Below, piece after piece: positions 56,246 to 64,000 of a DNA stretch of 64,000 nucleotides. Each line of letters starts with the position of its first letter. Within the stretch, counting starts at the first letter, position 1. The stretch comes from an uncultured Candidatus Saccharibacteria bacterium (GTDB taxonomy: Bacteria; Patescibacteriota; Minisyncoccia; Phycocordibacterales; DSPV01). The notes beneath the pieces were generated by a model, which did no database searches, was not told the origin of the DNA, and was given only the letters and a program-made list of their open reading frames with translations. Position numbers and translations under genes: made by a program. The stretch is from positions 10,717 through 74,716 of the forward strand of contig CAYGFK010000001.1 of assembly GCA_964349135.1 (NCBI GenBank). The letters are read 5' to 3'.

Positions 56246-57337
56246 GTGACCGTCCTGCTTTTCATTGTCATACTGGGCGCGCTCATATTTGTTCATGAAC
56301 TCGGTCATTTTTTGTTGGCAAAACTCTTTGGTATTCGTGTTGATGAATTTGCTCTCGGATTTCCGCCTCGGTTATTTTCTCGAGTGGTGGGTGAGACGCG
56401 CTACGCGCTCAATCTCCTACCGTTTGGCGGTTATGTGAAGATATTTGGCGAGGATATGACCGCTATTCCATCGAGTGACCCGGATAAGTCGCGTAGTTTC
56501 TCCGCACAGAATCGCTTTAAGCAGGCAATGGTGCTTGTGGGAGGTGTTTCAATGAATGTCATCTTTGCATGGCTTCTCTTGTCGGCAGGGTTTCTTTTTG
56601 GGGCGACCGTTGTCTCGGACGATTATCCGAATCGTACTCTCATTGACGAGCGGTTGCTTGTTGTTTCTGTGCTCCCTGATTCTCCGGCCTTTGAAGCCGG
56701 ACTTCAAGAGGGTGATGTGGTCCGTGGCATACGCGATGAGTCAGAGACTATTTCCATGCCTTCGGTGACCGTGGTACAGCAGTTTGTAGCTGACCACGAT
56801 GCTCGAGAGGTAGTCTTTGATATTGAGAGGAGCGGGGTGCCCTCTCTTATTTCCGCAATCCCTAAGGAGGGTGTTGTGGAGGGGCAGGCAGGCGTTGGAA
56901 TCAGTATGGAGCAGGTCGGCACCTTACGCCTCTCGATAGTTGGTTCACTCATTGAGGGTATGCGCCGGACGTCAACGTTGCTTGTCCTTACGGTGCAAGG
57001 ATTGGGAGGTTTCCTCTATGAACTCTTTTTATTCCAGGCTGATTTTTCTGAGGTCGCAGGTCCGGTTGGTATTGCCATACTTGTTGGCGACGCGCAATCT
57101 CTCGGACTTTTCTATCTCCTCTCGTTTACGGCCATCATCTCGCTCAATCTTGCCGTACTCAATCTCATTCCATTTCCGGCACTTGACGGAGGACGTCTTT
57201 TCTTTGTGCTCATCGAATCCGTCATTCGTCGACCTCTACCGGTGAACTTCATCAAGACATTAAATACGGTTGGTTTCTTCTTGCTCATTGGTCTCATTCT
57301 TTTCATCACCTACAAGGACATTGCGAAGTTGTTCTAG
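56246..57337 (+). CDS. rseP: Site-2 protease (RseP/M50 family) with a PDZ domain
   Basis: HELGHF zinc motif, PDZ segment, and C-terminal LDGG in TM. Confidence 0.85.
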   Translation: MTVLLFIVILGALIFVHELGHFLLAKLFGIRVDEFALGFPPRLFSRVVGETRYALNLLPFGGYVKIFGEDMTAIPSSDPDKSRSFSAQNRFKQAMVLVGGVSMNVIFAWLLLSAGFLFGATVVSDDYPNRTLIDERLLVVSVLPDSPAFEAGLQEGDVVRGIRDESETISMPSVTVVQQFVADHDAREVVFDIERSGVPSLISAIPKEGVVEGQAGVGISMEQVGTLRLSIVGSLIEGMRRTSTLLVLTVQGLGGFLYELFLFQADFSEVAGPVGIAILVGDAQSLGLFYLLSFTAIISLNLAVLNLIPFPALDGGRLFFVLIESVIRRPLPVNFIKTLNTVGFFLLIGLILFITYKDIAKLF

Positions 57338-57498
57338 TGCTTTTCCTACGAGACGTGGTATCGGTGAGCTTCTCAAGGGGAGCGTGCAGAGCGAAAATTT
57401 CGGGCTGACGCTATCACGCGAATGGGGTTTGTCAACTATCGCGGTTATATGAGTTTTACGTTACTATAGGTGATATTCTTTAACGTTTAAGCGTTTCT

Positions 57499-58755
57499 AT
57501 GCGCCAGTCAGAGCTATTCACTAAAACACGAAAAGAGGCCCCAAAGGATGAATTATCCAAGAATGCGAAGCTTCTTATCCGTGGAGGATTTATTCATAAG
57601 GAAATGGCGGGTGTGTACTCGTTTCTTCCGCTTGGATTGCGCGTGCTCGATAAGGTAGTGAATGTGATTCGTGAAGAGATGAACGCCGTTGGCGGGCAGG
57701 AGGTGCACTTGTCGACACTTCAAAGTAAGGAAGCGTGGGAAGCAACCGGACGATGGGACGACAAATCAGTCGATACGTGGTTTAAGACATCACTGCGCTC
57801 TGGTGGCGAAATCGGTCTTGGTTTTACGCATGAAGAGCCTATGACACGAATGATGCGGGAGCATGTGCGTAGTTTTCGCGACCTACCGGTATACCCATAC
57901 CAATTTCAAATGAAGTTTAGGAATGAGGAGCGCGCGAAGTCAGGGCTTATGCGAACCCGTGAATTTTTAATGAAAGACCTCTATTCAATTTCTCGAGATA
58001 CCAAAGAGCATGAGCGTTTCTATGAGACGATAACTCTGGCGTATAAAAAGGTGTTTGAACGTCTTGGCATTGGCCCGTTTACGCATCTTACCTATGCGTC
58101 AGGCGGTTCGTTTAGCAAATATTCTCACGAGTTTCAGACGCTTTGTGAGGCCGGGGAAGACACCATTCATCTCTGCCGGGACTGTGGCGTGGCGGTGAAT
58201 GAGGAAATACACAGCGAACAGAACACGTGCCCTCAGTGTAAGAGCGAAGCGCTTGTTGAAAAGAAGGCGGTTGAGGTAGGTAATATATTTTCGCTCGGTA
58301 CTCGCTTTTCTGAAGCACTCGGGCTTGTGTATGTGGATGAACGGAATGAATCAAAGCCTGCCGTGATGGGCAGTTACGGTATTGGTCCGGGACGATTGAT
58401 TGGTACCATTGTTGAATTGTTTTCTGATGAAAAGAGCATTCTCTTCCCGAAGAGTATCGCTCCTTTCTCGGTACACCTCTTGCTTCTTGATACGGACAAT
58501 GAAAAAGCGCGTACGCAGGCGGAAATCCTCTACAATGAACTATCCGCTGATGGCATCGACGTTCTCTTTGATGACAGGCCTTCGCGTGCAGGAGAGAAGT
58601 TCGCGGACGCAGACCTCATTGGTATTCCGCTTCGTCTTGTCGTGAGTGAACGTACGCTCAAAGAGGACGCTATAGAAGTAGTAAACCGTCGGGGTGGGGA
58701 TGTCTCCCATGTGCCGGCGAAGAAAATAAAAGGGTATCTGCATGAACATCTTTGA
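57499..58755 (+). CDS. proS: Prolyl-tRNA synthetase, minimal bacterial-type without the INS editing domain (418 aa), with a CxxC-x13-CxxC insertion
   Basis: LLIRGGFIHKEMAGVYSFLPLGLRVL, motif 2 FRNEERAKSGLMRTREFLMKD, and an anticodon-binding domain. CRDCG...CPQCK replaces the loop before GNIFSLGT. Confidence 0.85.
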   Translation: MRQSELFTKTRKEAPKDELSKNAKLLIRGGFIHKEMAGVYSFLPLGLRVLDKVVNVIREEMNAVGGQEVHLSTLQSKEAWEATGRWDDKSVDTWFKTSLRSGGEIGLGFTHEEPMTRMMREHVRSFRDLPVYPYQFQMKFRNEERAKSGLMRTREFLMKDLYSISRDTKEHERFYETITLAYKKVFERLGIGPFTHLTYASGGSFSKYSHEFQTLCEAGEDTIHLCRDCGVAVNEEIHSEQNTCPQCKSEALVEKKAVEVGNIFSLGTRFSEALGLVYVDERNESKPAVMGSYGIGPGRLIGTIVELFSDEKSILFPKSIAPFSVHLLLLDTDNEKARTQAEILYNELSADGIDVLFDDRPSRAGEKFADADLIGIPLRLVVSERTLKEDAIEVVNRRGGDVSHVPAKKIKGYLHEHL

Positions 58756-59809
58756 GGAACAAATCGAAAAACTCTACCGGCTTTTTTCGCACGACTTAGG
58801 AATTGACCTTGGTACGGCAAATACGCTTGTCTACGTACGGGGGAGGGGCATTGTGGTCAATGAACCTTCGGTTGTTGCGCTCAATCAGAAAACCGGACAG
58901 GTGGTTGCTGTCGGCAATCAGGCCAAAGCCATGCTCGGCAGGACACCGCCTCATATCAGCGCGATTAGACCGCTTGTTGAGGGTGTCATCTCGGATTTCG
59001 AAGTGACGGAAGAAATGATTTCGTACCTTATGAATCGCGCGCAGGAAGGGGGGCGCAAGTATTTCGGTCCTCGCGTTGTGGTTGGTGTGCCGTCCGGGGT
59101 GACGAACGTCGAGTCGCGCGCCGTGCGTGATGCAACAAAGAATAGTGGGGCACGCGAAGTGTACATTGTGGAACAGCCAATGGCTGCGGCAATCGGCATC
59201 AGACTTCCGGTCAAGGACCCGGTGGGGAATATGATTATCGATATCGGCGGTGGAACTACCGATATTGCCGTTTTGTCGCTTGGCGGAACCGTTCGTTCTC
59301 GAAATCTAAAGACTGCTGGTGACCATTTCAATAACGATATCGTGTCGTACATCAGAAATGAGTTTAAAATACTGATTGGTGAGAAGACGGCAGAGCAGAT
59401 TAAGATTGCTATCGGTTCGGCAATGCATGAAGGGGAGTCGATGGAAGCGGTTGTGAAAGGCCGTGATTTGGTGACAGGTCTGCCTCGAGAAGTGGTGGTG
59501 ACTGATGCGGATGTTCGAGAGGCGATTGGTCAATCGGTGGACACCATCGTTGAGGCGACACGAGAAGTTCTTGAAAAGACACCGCCCGAGCTGGTGTCGG
59601 ACATTATGCAAAAAGGTATCTTTCTTGTCGGCGGGGGCGCGCTCCTCAAAGGTCTTGCCAAATTCCTCGAACAGAATTTGCGAATTCCGATTCATGTTGC
59701 TGATGACCCGCTGACGGCCGTTGCCCGTGGGGCAGGCATTATTCTTGAGGATATGGACCGTTATAGAGATACTCTGATTCACTATGAAGAGGATGATAGG
59801 GCTGGCTAG
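58742..59809 (+). CDS. mreB: MreB (copy 2, heading the mreBCD-mrdA operon)
   Basis: LGIDLGTANTLVYV, DIGGGTTDIAV. Sequence is distinct from copy 1. Confidence 0.9.
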   Translation: MNIFEEQIEKLYRLFSHDLGIDLGTANTLVYVRGRGIVVNEPSVVALNQKTGQVVAVGNQAKAMLGRTPPHISAIRPLVEGVISDFEVTEEMISYLMNRAQEGGRKYFGPRVVVGVPSGVTNVESRAVRDATKNSGAREVYIVEQPMAAAIGIRLPVKDPVGNMIIDIGGGTTDIAVLSLGGTVRSRNLKTAGDHFNNDIVSYIRNEFKILIGEKTAEQIKIAIGSAMHEGESMEAVVKGRDLVTGLPREVVVTDADVREAIGQSVDTIVEATREVLEKTPPELVSDIMQKGIFLVGGGALLKGLAKFLEQNLRIPIHVADDPLTAVARGAGIILEDMDRYRDTLIHYEEDDRAG

Positions 59810-60611
59810 GTCAGCGCGCGGACCGCGCCACAAGGTGTCCTTTGTATTCACTCTGGTGCTCGTTCTTGTTGCTATACTCTCTTTTTGGAAGCCGTCTGTG
59901 ATATCCAATGTGGTCTACACGATATCCGTACCGTTTTCGCGTTCGTGGCTCTATATTGAATCGAAGAGCAGAGAAGTGCTTGTGTATTTTGAATCAAAAA
60001 CAGTTCTTGAACGTGAGAACGAAAAGCTTTCTCAGGATTTGCGTTCGGCACAGCTTGAACTTTTGTTATTTACATCGCTTGCGCCCGACGTTGCCCGTCT
60101 AAAAACATTTCTTGCCGATGAGCGACCGAAGAGTAGCATTGTGTCAGGTGTCTTAAGCGCGCCACCGCGCTCCCCGTATGACACACTCGTTATCGACGCC
60201 GGCGCAAGAGACGGCGCGACCATCGGAGCACTTGTGCACAGTATGGAAGGTGTCGCGCTTGGTACCATTACAGAAACGTTTAGAGACTTTTCTCGAGTGA
60301 CCCTCTTCTCTTCTCCGGGGAATGAGATTGGGGTGCGCATTGGTGAATCGCAGACTCAGGTGCAGGCGATTGGTATTGGCAATGGAGAGTTTCAGTTGCT
60401 TCTCCCGCGCGAACTCGAGATACATGTCGGAGACCCGGTTGCCTTTCCGGACCTTCTCCCGTCAATTATCGGCGAAGTTGGTTCGGTCACGTATCAGGAC
60501 GTTGATTTCCTCCAACTTGTTTCATTTCGTATTCCCGTGAACATGAATACACTTCGTTATGTTTTGGTGGAGACAGAACCTACTAACGGTGAAGGTGAGA
60601 ATGGAAACTAA
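59784..60611 (+). CDS. mreC: Rod shape-determining protein MreC
   Basis: N-terminal TM, coiled coil, beta-rich C-terminal domains. Operon position. Start overlaps the mreB end. Confidence 0.7.
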   Translation: MKRMIGLARSARGPRHKVSFVFTLVLVLVAILSFWKPSVISNVVYTISVPFSRSWLYIESKSREVLVYFESKTVLERENEKLSQDLRSAQLELLLFTSLAPDVARLKTFLADERPKSSIVSGVLSAPPRSPYDTLVIDAGARDGATIGALVHSMEGVALGTITETFRDFSRVTLFSSPGNEIGVRIGESQTQVQAIGIGNGEFQLLLPRELEIHVGDPVAFPDLLPSIIGEVGSVTYQDVDFLQLVSFRIPVNMNTLRYVLVETEPTNGEGENGN

Positions 60612-60882
60612 GACACAATCTAAAATATTTTTTGTACTCGTGTGGGTGTTTTCGCTTATCGCGCTCCCGTGGTGGGGGACTTCGATTGTGGCGCTCATGT
60701 CTTTTTTCGTGTTTCGCTCTCCGGCAGTATCGCTTACCCTCGGGTTTGGTATGGATGTATATTATGGTTCGATAACGTCCGCATTCTTTCCGTTTCCATT
60801 TCTTGTCTCGGCAGTCATTCTTAGTTTTCTTGTCCCGCGTTTTAAACGACAACTTGTCTTTTGGCGCTCGGGCGACGCATAG
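60601..60882 (+). CDS. mreD: MreD-like small membrane protein
   Basis: 93 aa with 3 TM, overlapping the mreC stop. Position between mreC and PBP2. Confidence 0.5.
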   Translation: METKTQSKIFFVLVWVFSLIALPWWGTSIVALMSFFVFRSPAVSLTLGFGMDVYYGSITSAFFPFPFLVSAVILSFLVPRFKRQLVFWRSGDA

Positions 60883-60887
60883 TTTTT

Positions 60888-62594
60888 ATGAAGTTTTTTT
60901 CATTTAGGAAAAAGAGACTGAGGGAGAGTTCGGCTGAGCATGAAATAGAGCCGGACGAGATTTTCCTTGATTCAAGTAATTTACCTCAATTCGACAAATA
61001 CCAATTTGAGGGCCGGCTCGAAAAAGCGATTTCGGCCAAGACAGTTACGTTTTGGGGCTTCGCCTTTCTCTTGTGCGGACTGATTCTTCTTGGCCGGACC
61101 TGGGTATTACAGATTGCACGAGGTGAGTCATACGCAGAGTTGGCGCAGAAGAATCGTTTGCGCAGTTCGGTTATCTTCGCTCCCCGCGGTCTTATCGAAG
61201 ACAGGAATGGGGAACCGCTTGCCGTGAATAAAGCGAACGAAGAACATCCTCATTATCCCTCGAGAGAATACGTGACCGGAGGCGGTTTCAGTCACTTACT
61301 AGGGTATATCGAGTATCCAAAAACCGACTCCTCAGGTGTTTATTTTCGTACGGAATACGTTGGAAAAGAAGGTGTCGAGTATCTCTACAACGCGGTTCTT
61401 AAGGGAGAGAATGGTCTCCAGATTAGCGAAGAGAATGCGCGGGGAGATGTCGAGTCGGAGAGCGTTATCCAGCTCCCCCGATATGGACTCAACCTCACGC
61501 TCTCGGTTGATAAGCGTTTACAGCAGAAGCTTTATGAACTCATCAAGTCGACTGCGTCTGACCGAGGGTTTGTGGGAGGTGCGGCGGGTATCATGGACAT
61601 TGAAACCGGAGAACTCTTAGTGCTCACGAGTTTCCCCGAATATGATTCGAATATCATGTCCGAGGGAAGCGACCCTGAAGCAATCTCTGATTTTCTCACC
61701 GACGAACGCCAAGTCTTCCTTAATCGAAGCGTTGACGGTCTCTATGCGCCCGGCTCAATTATGAAGCCGTTCATAGCGGTAGGTGCCCTCATTGAAGGGG
61801 TCATTTCCCCCGACAAACAAATCTTGAGCACGGGTTCCATTTCTATTCCGAATCCATACAACCCTTCGAGCGTTTCCGTGTTTCGGGACTGGAAGGCGCA
61901 CGGTCTTGTCGATATGCGAGAAGCGCTTGCCGTATCGTCAGATGTTTATTTCTATGAAATTGGAGGAGGATTTGAAGACCAACAAGGGCTTGGCATTGAG
62001 CGCATAAAGAAATACCTCATGCTATTCGGTTTTGGTGACCGTAATTCTGACAACGAACTACTTCAGGTATCAGGCACTATTCCGGACCCGAAATGGAAAG
62101 CGGAGACCTTTGAAGGAGAACCATGGCGCATTGGAGATACGTATAACACATCAATCGGGCAGTATGGAACGCAGGTGACCCTTATGCAGGTGCTTCGGGC
62201 GACAGCCGCACTTACAAATGGCGGGCGTCTTATCGAGCCGACTCTCATGGTCGGCGGGAATCGTGGTCGTGTGCACGAAAAGAAGCTTGATATACCGGAA
62301 AGCGTTCTCAAGGTGGTTCAGGAAGGTATGCGAGATGCCGTGCTCTTCGGTACGGCATCAGGTCTTGGGGTTGGCGGAGTTGAGGTGGCGGCGAAAACCG
62401 GAACTGCCGAAATCGGGAGTCGGAAGCTTTATGTCAATTCGTGGATTGAAGGATTCTTTCCCTATGACGACCCTCGATACGCTTTTGTCGTACTTATGGA
62501 GCGAGGACCTCATGACAACACGGTGGGTGCCCTTTTCGTCATGAGACAGTTTATCGACTGGCTAAGCATTGAGGCCCCTGAATATCTCAAATAG
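60888..62594 (+). CDS. mrdA: Penicillin-binding protein 2 (elongasome transpeptidase)
   Basis: SIMKP (SxxK), SSD (SxN), KTGTAE (KTG). Confidence 0.85.
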   Translation: MKFFSFRKKRLRESSAEHEIEPDEIFLDSSNLPQFDKYQFEGRLEKAISAKTVTFWGFAFLLCGLILLGRTWVLQIARGESYAELAQKNRLRSSVIFAPRGLIEDRNGEPLAVNKANEEHPHYPSREYVTGGGFSHLLGYIEYPKTDSSGVYFRTEYVGKEGVEYLYNAVLKGENGLQISEENARGDVESESVIQLPRYGLNLTLSVDKRLQQKLYELIKSTASDRGFVGGAAGIMDIETGELLVLTSFPEYDSNIMSEGSDPEAISDFLTDERQVFLNRSVDGLYAPGSIMKPFIAVGALIEGVISPDKQILSTGSISIPNPYNPSSVSVFRDWKAHGLVDMREALAVSSDVYFYEIGGGFEDQQGLGIERIKKYLMLFGFGDRNSDNELLQVSGTIPDPKWKAETFEGEPWRIGDTYNTSIGQYGTQVTLMQVLRATAALTNGGRLIEPTLMVGGNRGRVHEKKLDIPESVLKVVQEGMRDAVLFGTASGLGVGGVEVAAKTGTAEIGSRKLYVNSWIEGFFPYDDPRYAFVVLMERGPHDNTVGALFVMRQFIDWLSIEAPEYLK

Positions 62595-62651
62595 CCAGAG
62601 GAGGTGTTTTGTGCTATCATCGCTCTGTTGCAAGCTATATCAACATAAATT

Positions 62652-63116
62652 ATGTCTCACGAAAGCGAATATTTAACGAAGGCAAAGTTTGAGGAATTAA
62701 CAAAAGAGCTCTCGTATCTCAAGACGGATAAACGAAAGGAGATTGCGGAGAGTCTTGAATATGCCAAAGGACTCGGCGACCTCTCAGAGAATGCGGAATA
62801 CCATGAAGCTCGTGAAGCCCAAGCGACGCTTGAGGACCGTATTGAAAAACTCGACGCGCTTCTGCAATCGGCTCAGATTGTGTCCGACAGTCATGGCGGA
62901 ACGGTCAGCATTGGTTCATCGGTGACCGTTAAGAGAGAGGGTGGAGATAAACAATCGTTTCATCTTGTTGGTTCCGAAGAAGTAGATGTCCAGAGTGGAA
63001 AAATATCGGTTCATTCACCACTTGGTTCGGCACTTATCGGGAAACGAAAAGGAGATGTTGCGGAGTTCCTGTCACCTCGGGGAACTATGCGCTATACCGT
63101 TGTCGAGGTAACGTAG
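62652..63116 (+). CDS. greA: Transcription elongation factor GreA
   Basis: Coiled-coil N-domain with LSENAEYHEAREAQ and a C-terminal FKBP-like domain. Confidence 0.9.
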   Translation: MSHESEYLTKAKFEELTKELSYLKTDKRKEIAESLEYAKGLGDLSENAEYHEAREAQATLEDRIEKLDALLQSAQIVSDSHGGTVSIGSSVTVKREGGDKQSFHLVGSEEVDVQSGKISVHSPLGSALIGKRKGDVAEFLSPRGTMRYTVVEVT

Positions 63117-63119
63117 AGA

Positions 63120-64000
63120 ATGGCTTCACAAGAAGAACTCAGGAATACACGCCTTGAGAAGTTGGAACGCCTGAAGAAGGCGGGGATGCCGGTTTATCCT
63201 GTGTCAGTTCCTCGAGACATGTCGATTGCACAAGCGATTCATGAATTTGATGCGCTCTCGAAGGGCGGAAAAGAACTTTCGCTTGCAGGACGTGTGATGG
63301 CCCTCCGTCCTCAGGGTGGACTCACCTTCCTCAACATCACCGATGGAACCGCAGTGTTTCAGGGATTGCTCAAAGATGAAGAGACGCCCAAAGACGTCAT
63401 CAACTTATTTTCAGAGACTGTCGATATAGGTGATTTTATATCAATGACCGGCACGTTGTTCGAGACGAAGCGCGGTGAAAAGACGATGCTGGTGTCGAAA
63501 TGGACGATGGCATCTAAATCGCTTTTACCACTTCCTGAGAAATGGCACGGCATCACTGACCCCGAAGAGCGGTATCGTCTTCGATATCTCGACTTATTGA
63601 TGAATGCCGAGTCGAGGGATACGTTTGTTCGTAAGCAGAAGTTTTGGGATGCGACGAGGTCGTTTATGAAAGAGAGAGGGTTTCTTGAAGTTGAGACCCC
63701 GACGCTTGAGGTGACGACCGGCGGTGCCGAAGCAAGACCGTTCAAGACACATCACAACGATTATGATATCGATTTATTTCTTCGCATCTCGGTCGGAGAG
63801 CTCTGGCAGAAGCGTTTGATGGCGGCCGGATTTCCTAAGACGTTTGAGGTCGGACGCCTGTATCGGAATGAAGGGTCAAGTCCGGAACATCTTCAGGAGT
63901 TTACGAATATGGAATTTTATTGGGGCTACGCAAGCGCCGAGGAGGGTATGAAGCTTGTCGAGGAGTTGTATCGCACTCTCGCGAAAGCCGTTTATGGAAA
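63120..64000 (+). CDS. lysS: Lysyl-tRNA synthetase, class II (3' end lies outside the window)
   Basis: OB anticodon-binding domain and class II motifs (FLEVETPTL, ...FEVGRLYRNEG). No stop codon before the window end. Confidence 0.9.
   Translation, partial: MASQEELRNTRLEKLERLKKAGMPVYPVSVPRDMSIAQAIHEFDALSKGGKELSLAGRVMALRPQGGLTFLNITDGTAVFQGLLKDEETPKDVINLFSETVDIGDFISMTGTLFETKRGEKTMLVSKWTMASKSLLPLPEKWHGITDPEERYRLRYLDLLMNAESRDTFVRKQKFWDATRSFMKERGFLEVETPTLEVTTGGAEARPFKTHHNDYDIDLFLRISVGELWQKRLMAAGFPKTFEVGRLYRNEGSSPEHLQEFTNMEFYWGYASAEEGMKLVEELYRTLAKAVYG

Noticed and set aside
57338-57498. Possible T-box riboswitch upstream of proS
   Set aside because: I looked for the T-box consensus (AATTAGGGTGGNACCGCG) and a specifier loop and found neither. 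Only a weak promoter-like TTGTCA...TTATAT is present.
53930-59809. Two mreB genes as a possible assembly duplication
   Set aside because: The two proteins differ throughout (e.g. VFVPGKGVILNEPSVVAL vs VYVRGRGIVVNEPSVVAL). Copy 2 has an N-terminal extension and they sit in different operon contexts, so they are genuine paralogs.
1-64000. CRISPR arrays, integrases, transposases, prophage structural genes
   Set aside because: I scanned for regularly spaced direct repeats and for recombinase motifs (tyrosine-recombinase R..H..R..Y; DDE). Apart from the two-copy repeats reported, there is no repeat-spacer periodicity and no such ORFs.

Overview
This 64 kb window is a gene-dense bacterial chromosomal segment (about 50% GC) that reads on both strands. 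Most of it is information-processing and cell-envelope housekeeping. Identifiable genes include uvrA (3' part), uvrC, thrS, dnaE, rnhB, rpmF, a NusB-Nudix fusion, rnc, a short SMC, rpsP, a KH protein, trmD, rpoB, rpoC, dnaG, rpoD, a UvrD-type helicase-nuclease, uppP, a HisRS-like core, an RRM protein, an ECF sigma factor, a DEAD-box helicase, a VanY-type peptidase, ZIP and Nramp-like transporters, PEBP, hpf, fmt, def, priA, an HTH-MurA fusion, two mreB copies, holB, frr, rseP, proS, mreC, mreD, PBP2, greA and lysS (5' part). Many proteins are shortened versions: UvrC has no HhH domain, ThrRS is 584 aa, ProRS has no INS editing domain, HisRS has no anticodon-binding domain, and SMC has no hinge. 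Together with a group I intron in a tRNA gene, this points to a reduced-genome lineage, possibly CPR/Patescibacteria-like, but that cannot be proven from this window. Three accessory islands interrupt the core. (1) 3.3-6.3 kb is a cluster of small single-gene units, each with its own promoter, leader and terminator. It includes a previously undescribed paralogous small-protein family with a shared 5' leader motif (AGATTCAAACCTCAACA.AAAGGAAG) that recurs at five sites. (2) 35.2-40.4 kb holds an RRM protein, a small basic protein, an ECF sigma / putative anti-sigma pair, a free-standing HNH endonuclease next to a tRNA-Asn(GUU) split by an Azoarcus-like group I intron, a duplicated tRNA 3' end with a structured noncoding region, an OmpW-like barrel protein and a pilin-like membrane protein. 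(3) 42.0-43.6 kb holds a fifth family member and a run of tiny membrane-peptide genes. Other notable items are two enzyme-domain fusions (NusB-Nudix, and XRE-HTH-MurA with a palindromic operator over its own promoter), a UvrD helicase fused to a Cas4/AddB-like Fe-S nuclease, and an exact 23-bp palindrome present twice. No CRISPR array, integrase or transposase was seen. Coordinates of non-track features are hand-counted and may be off by 1-2 nt.
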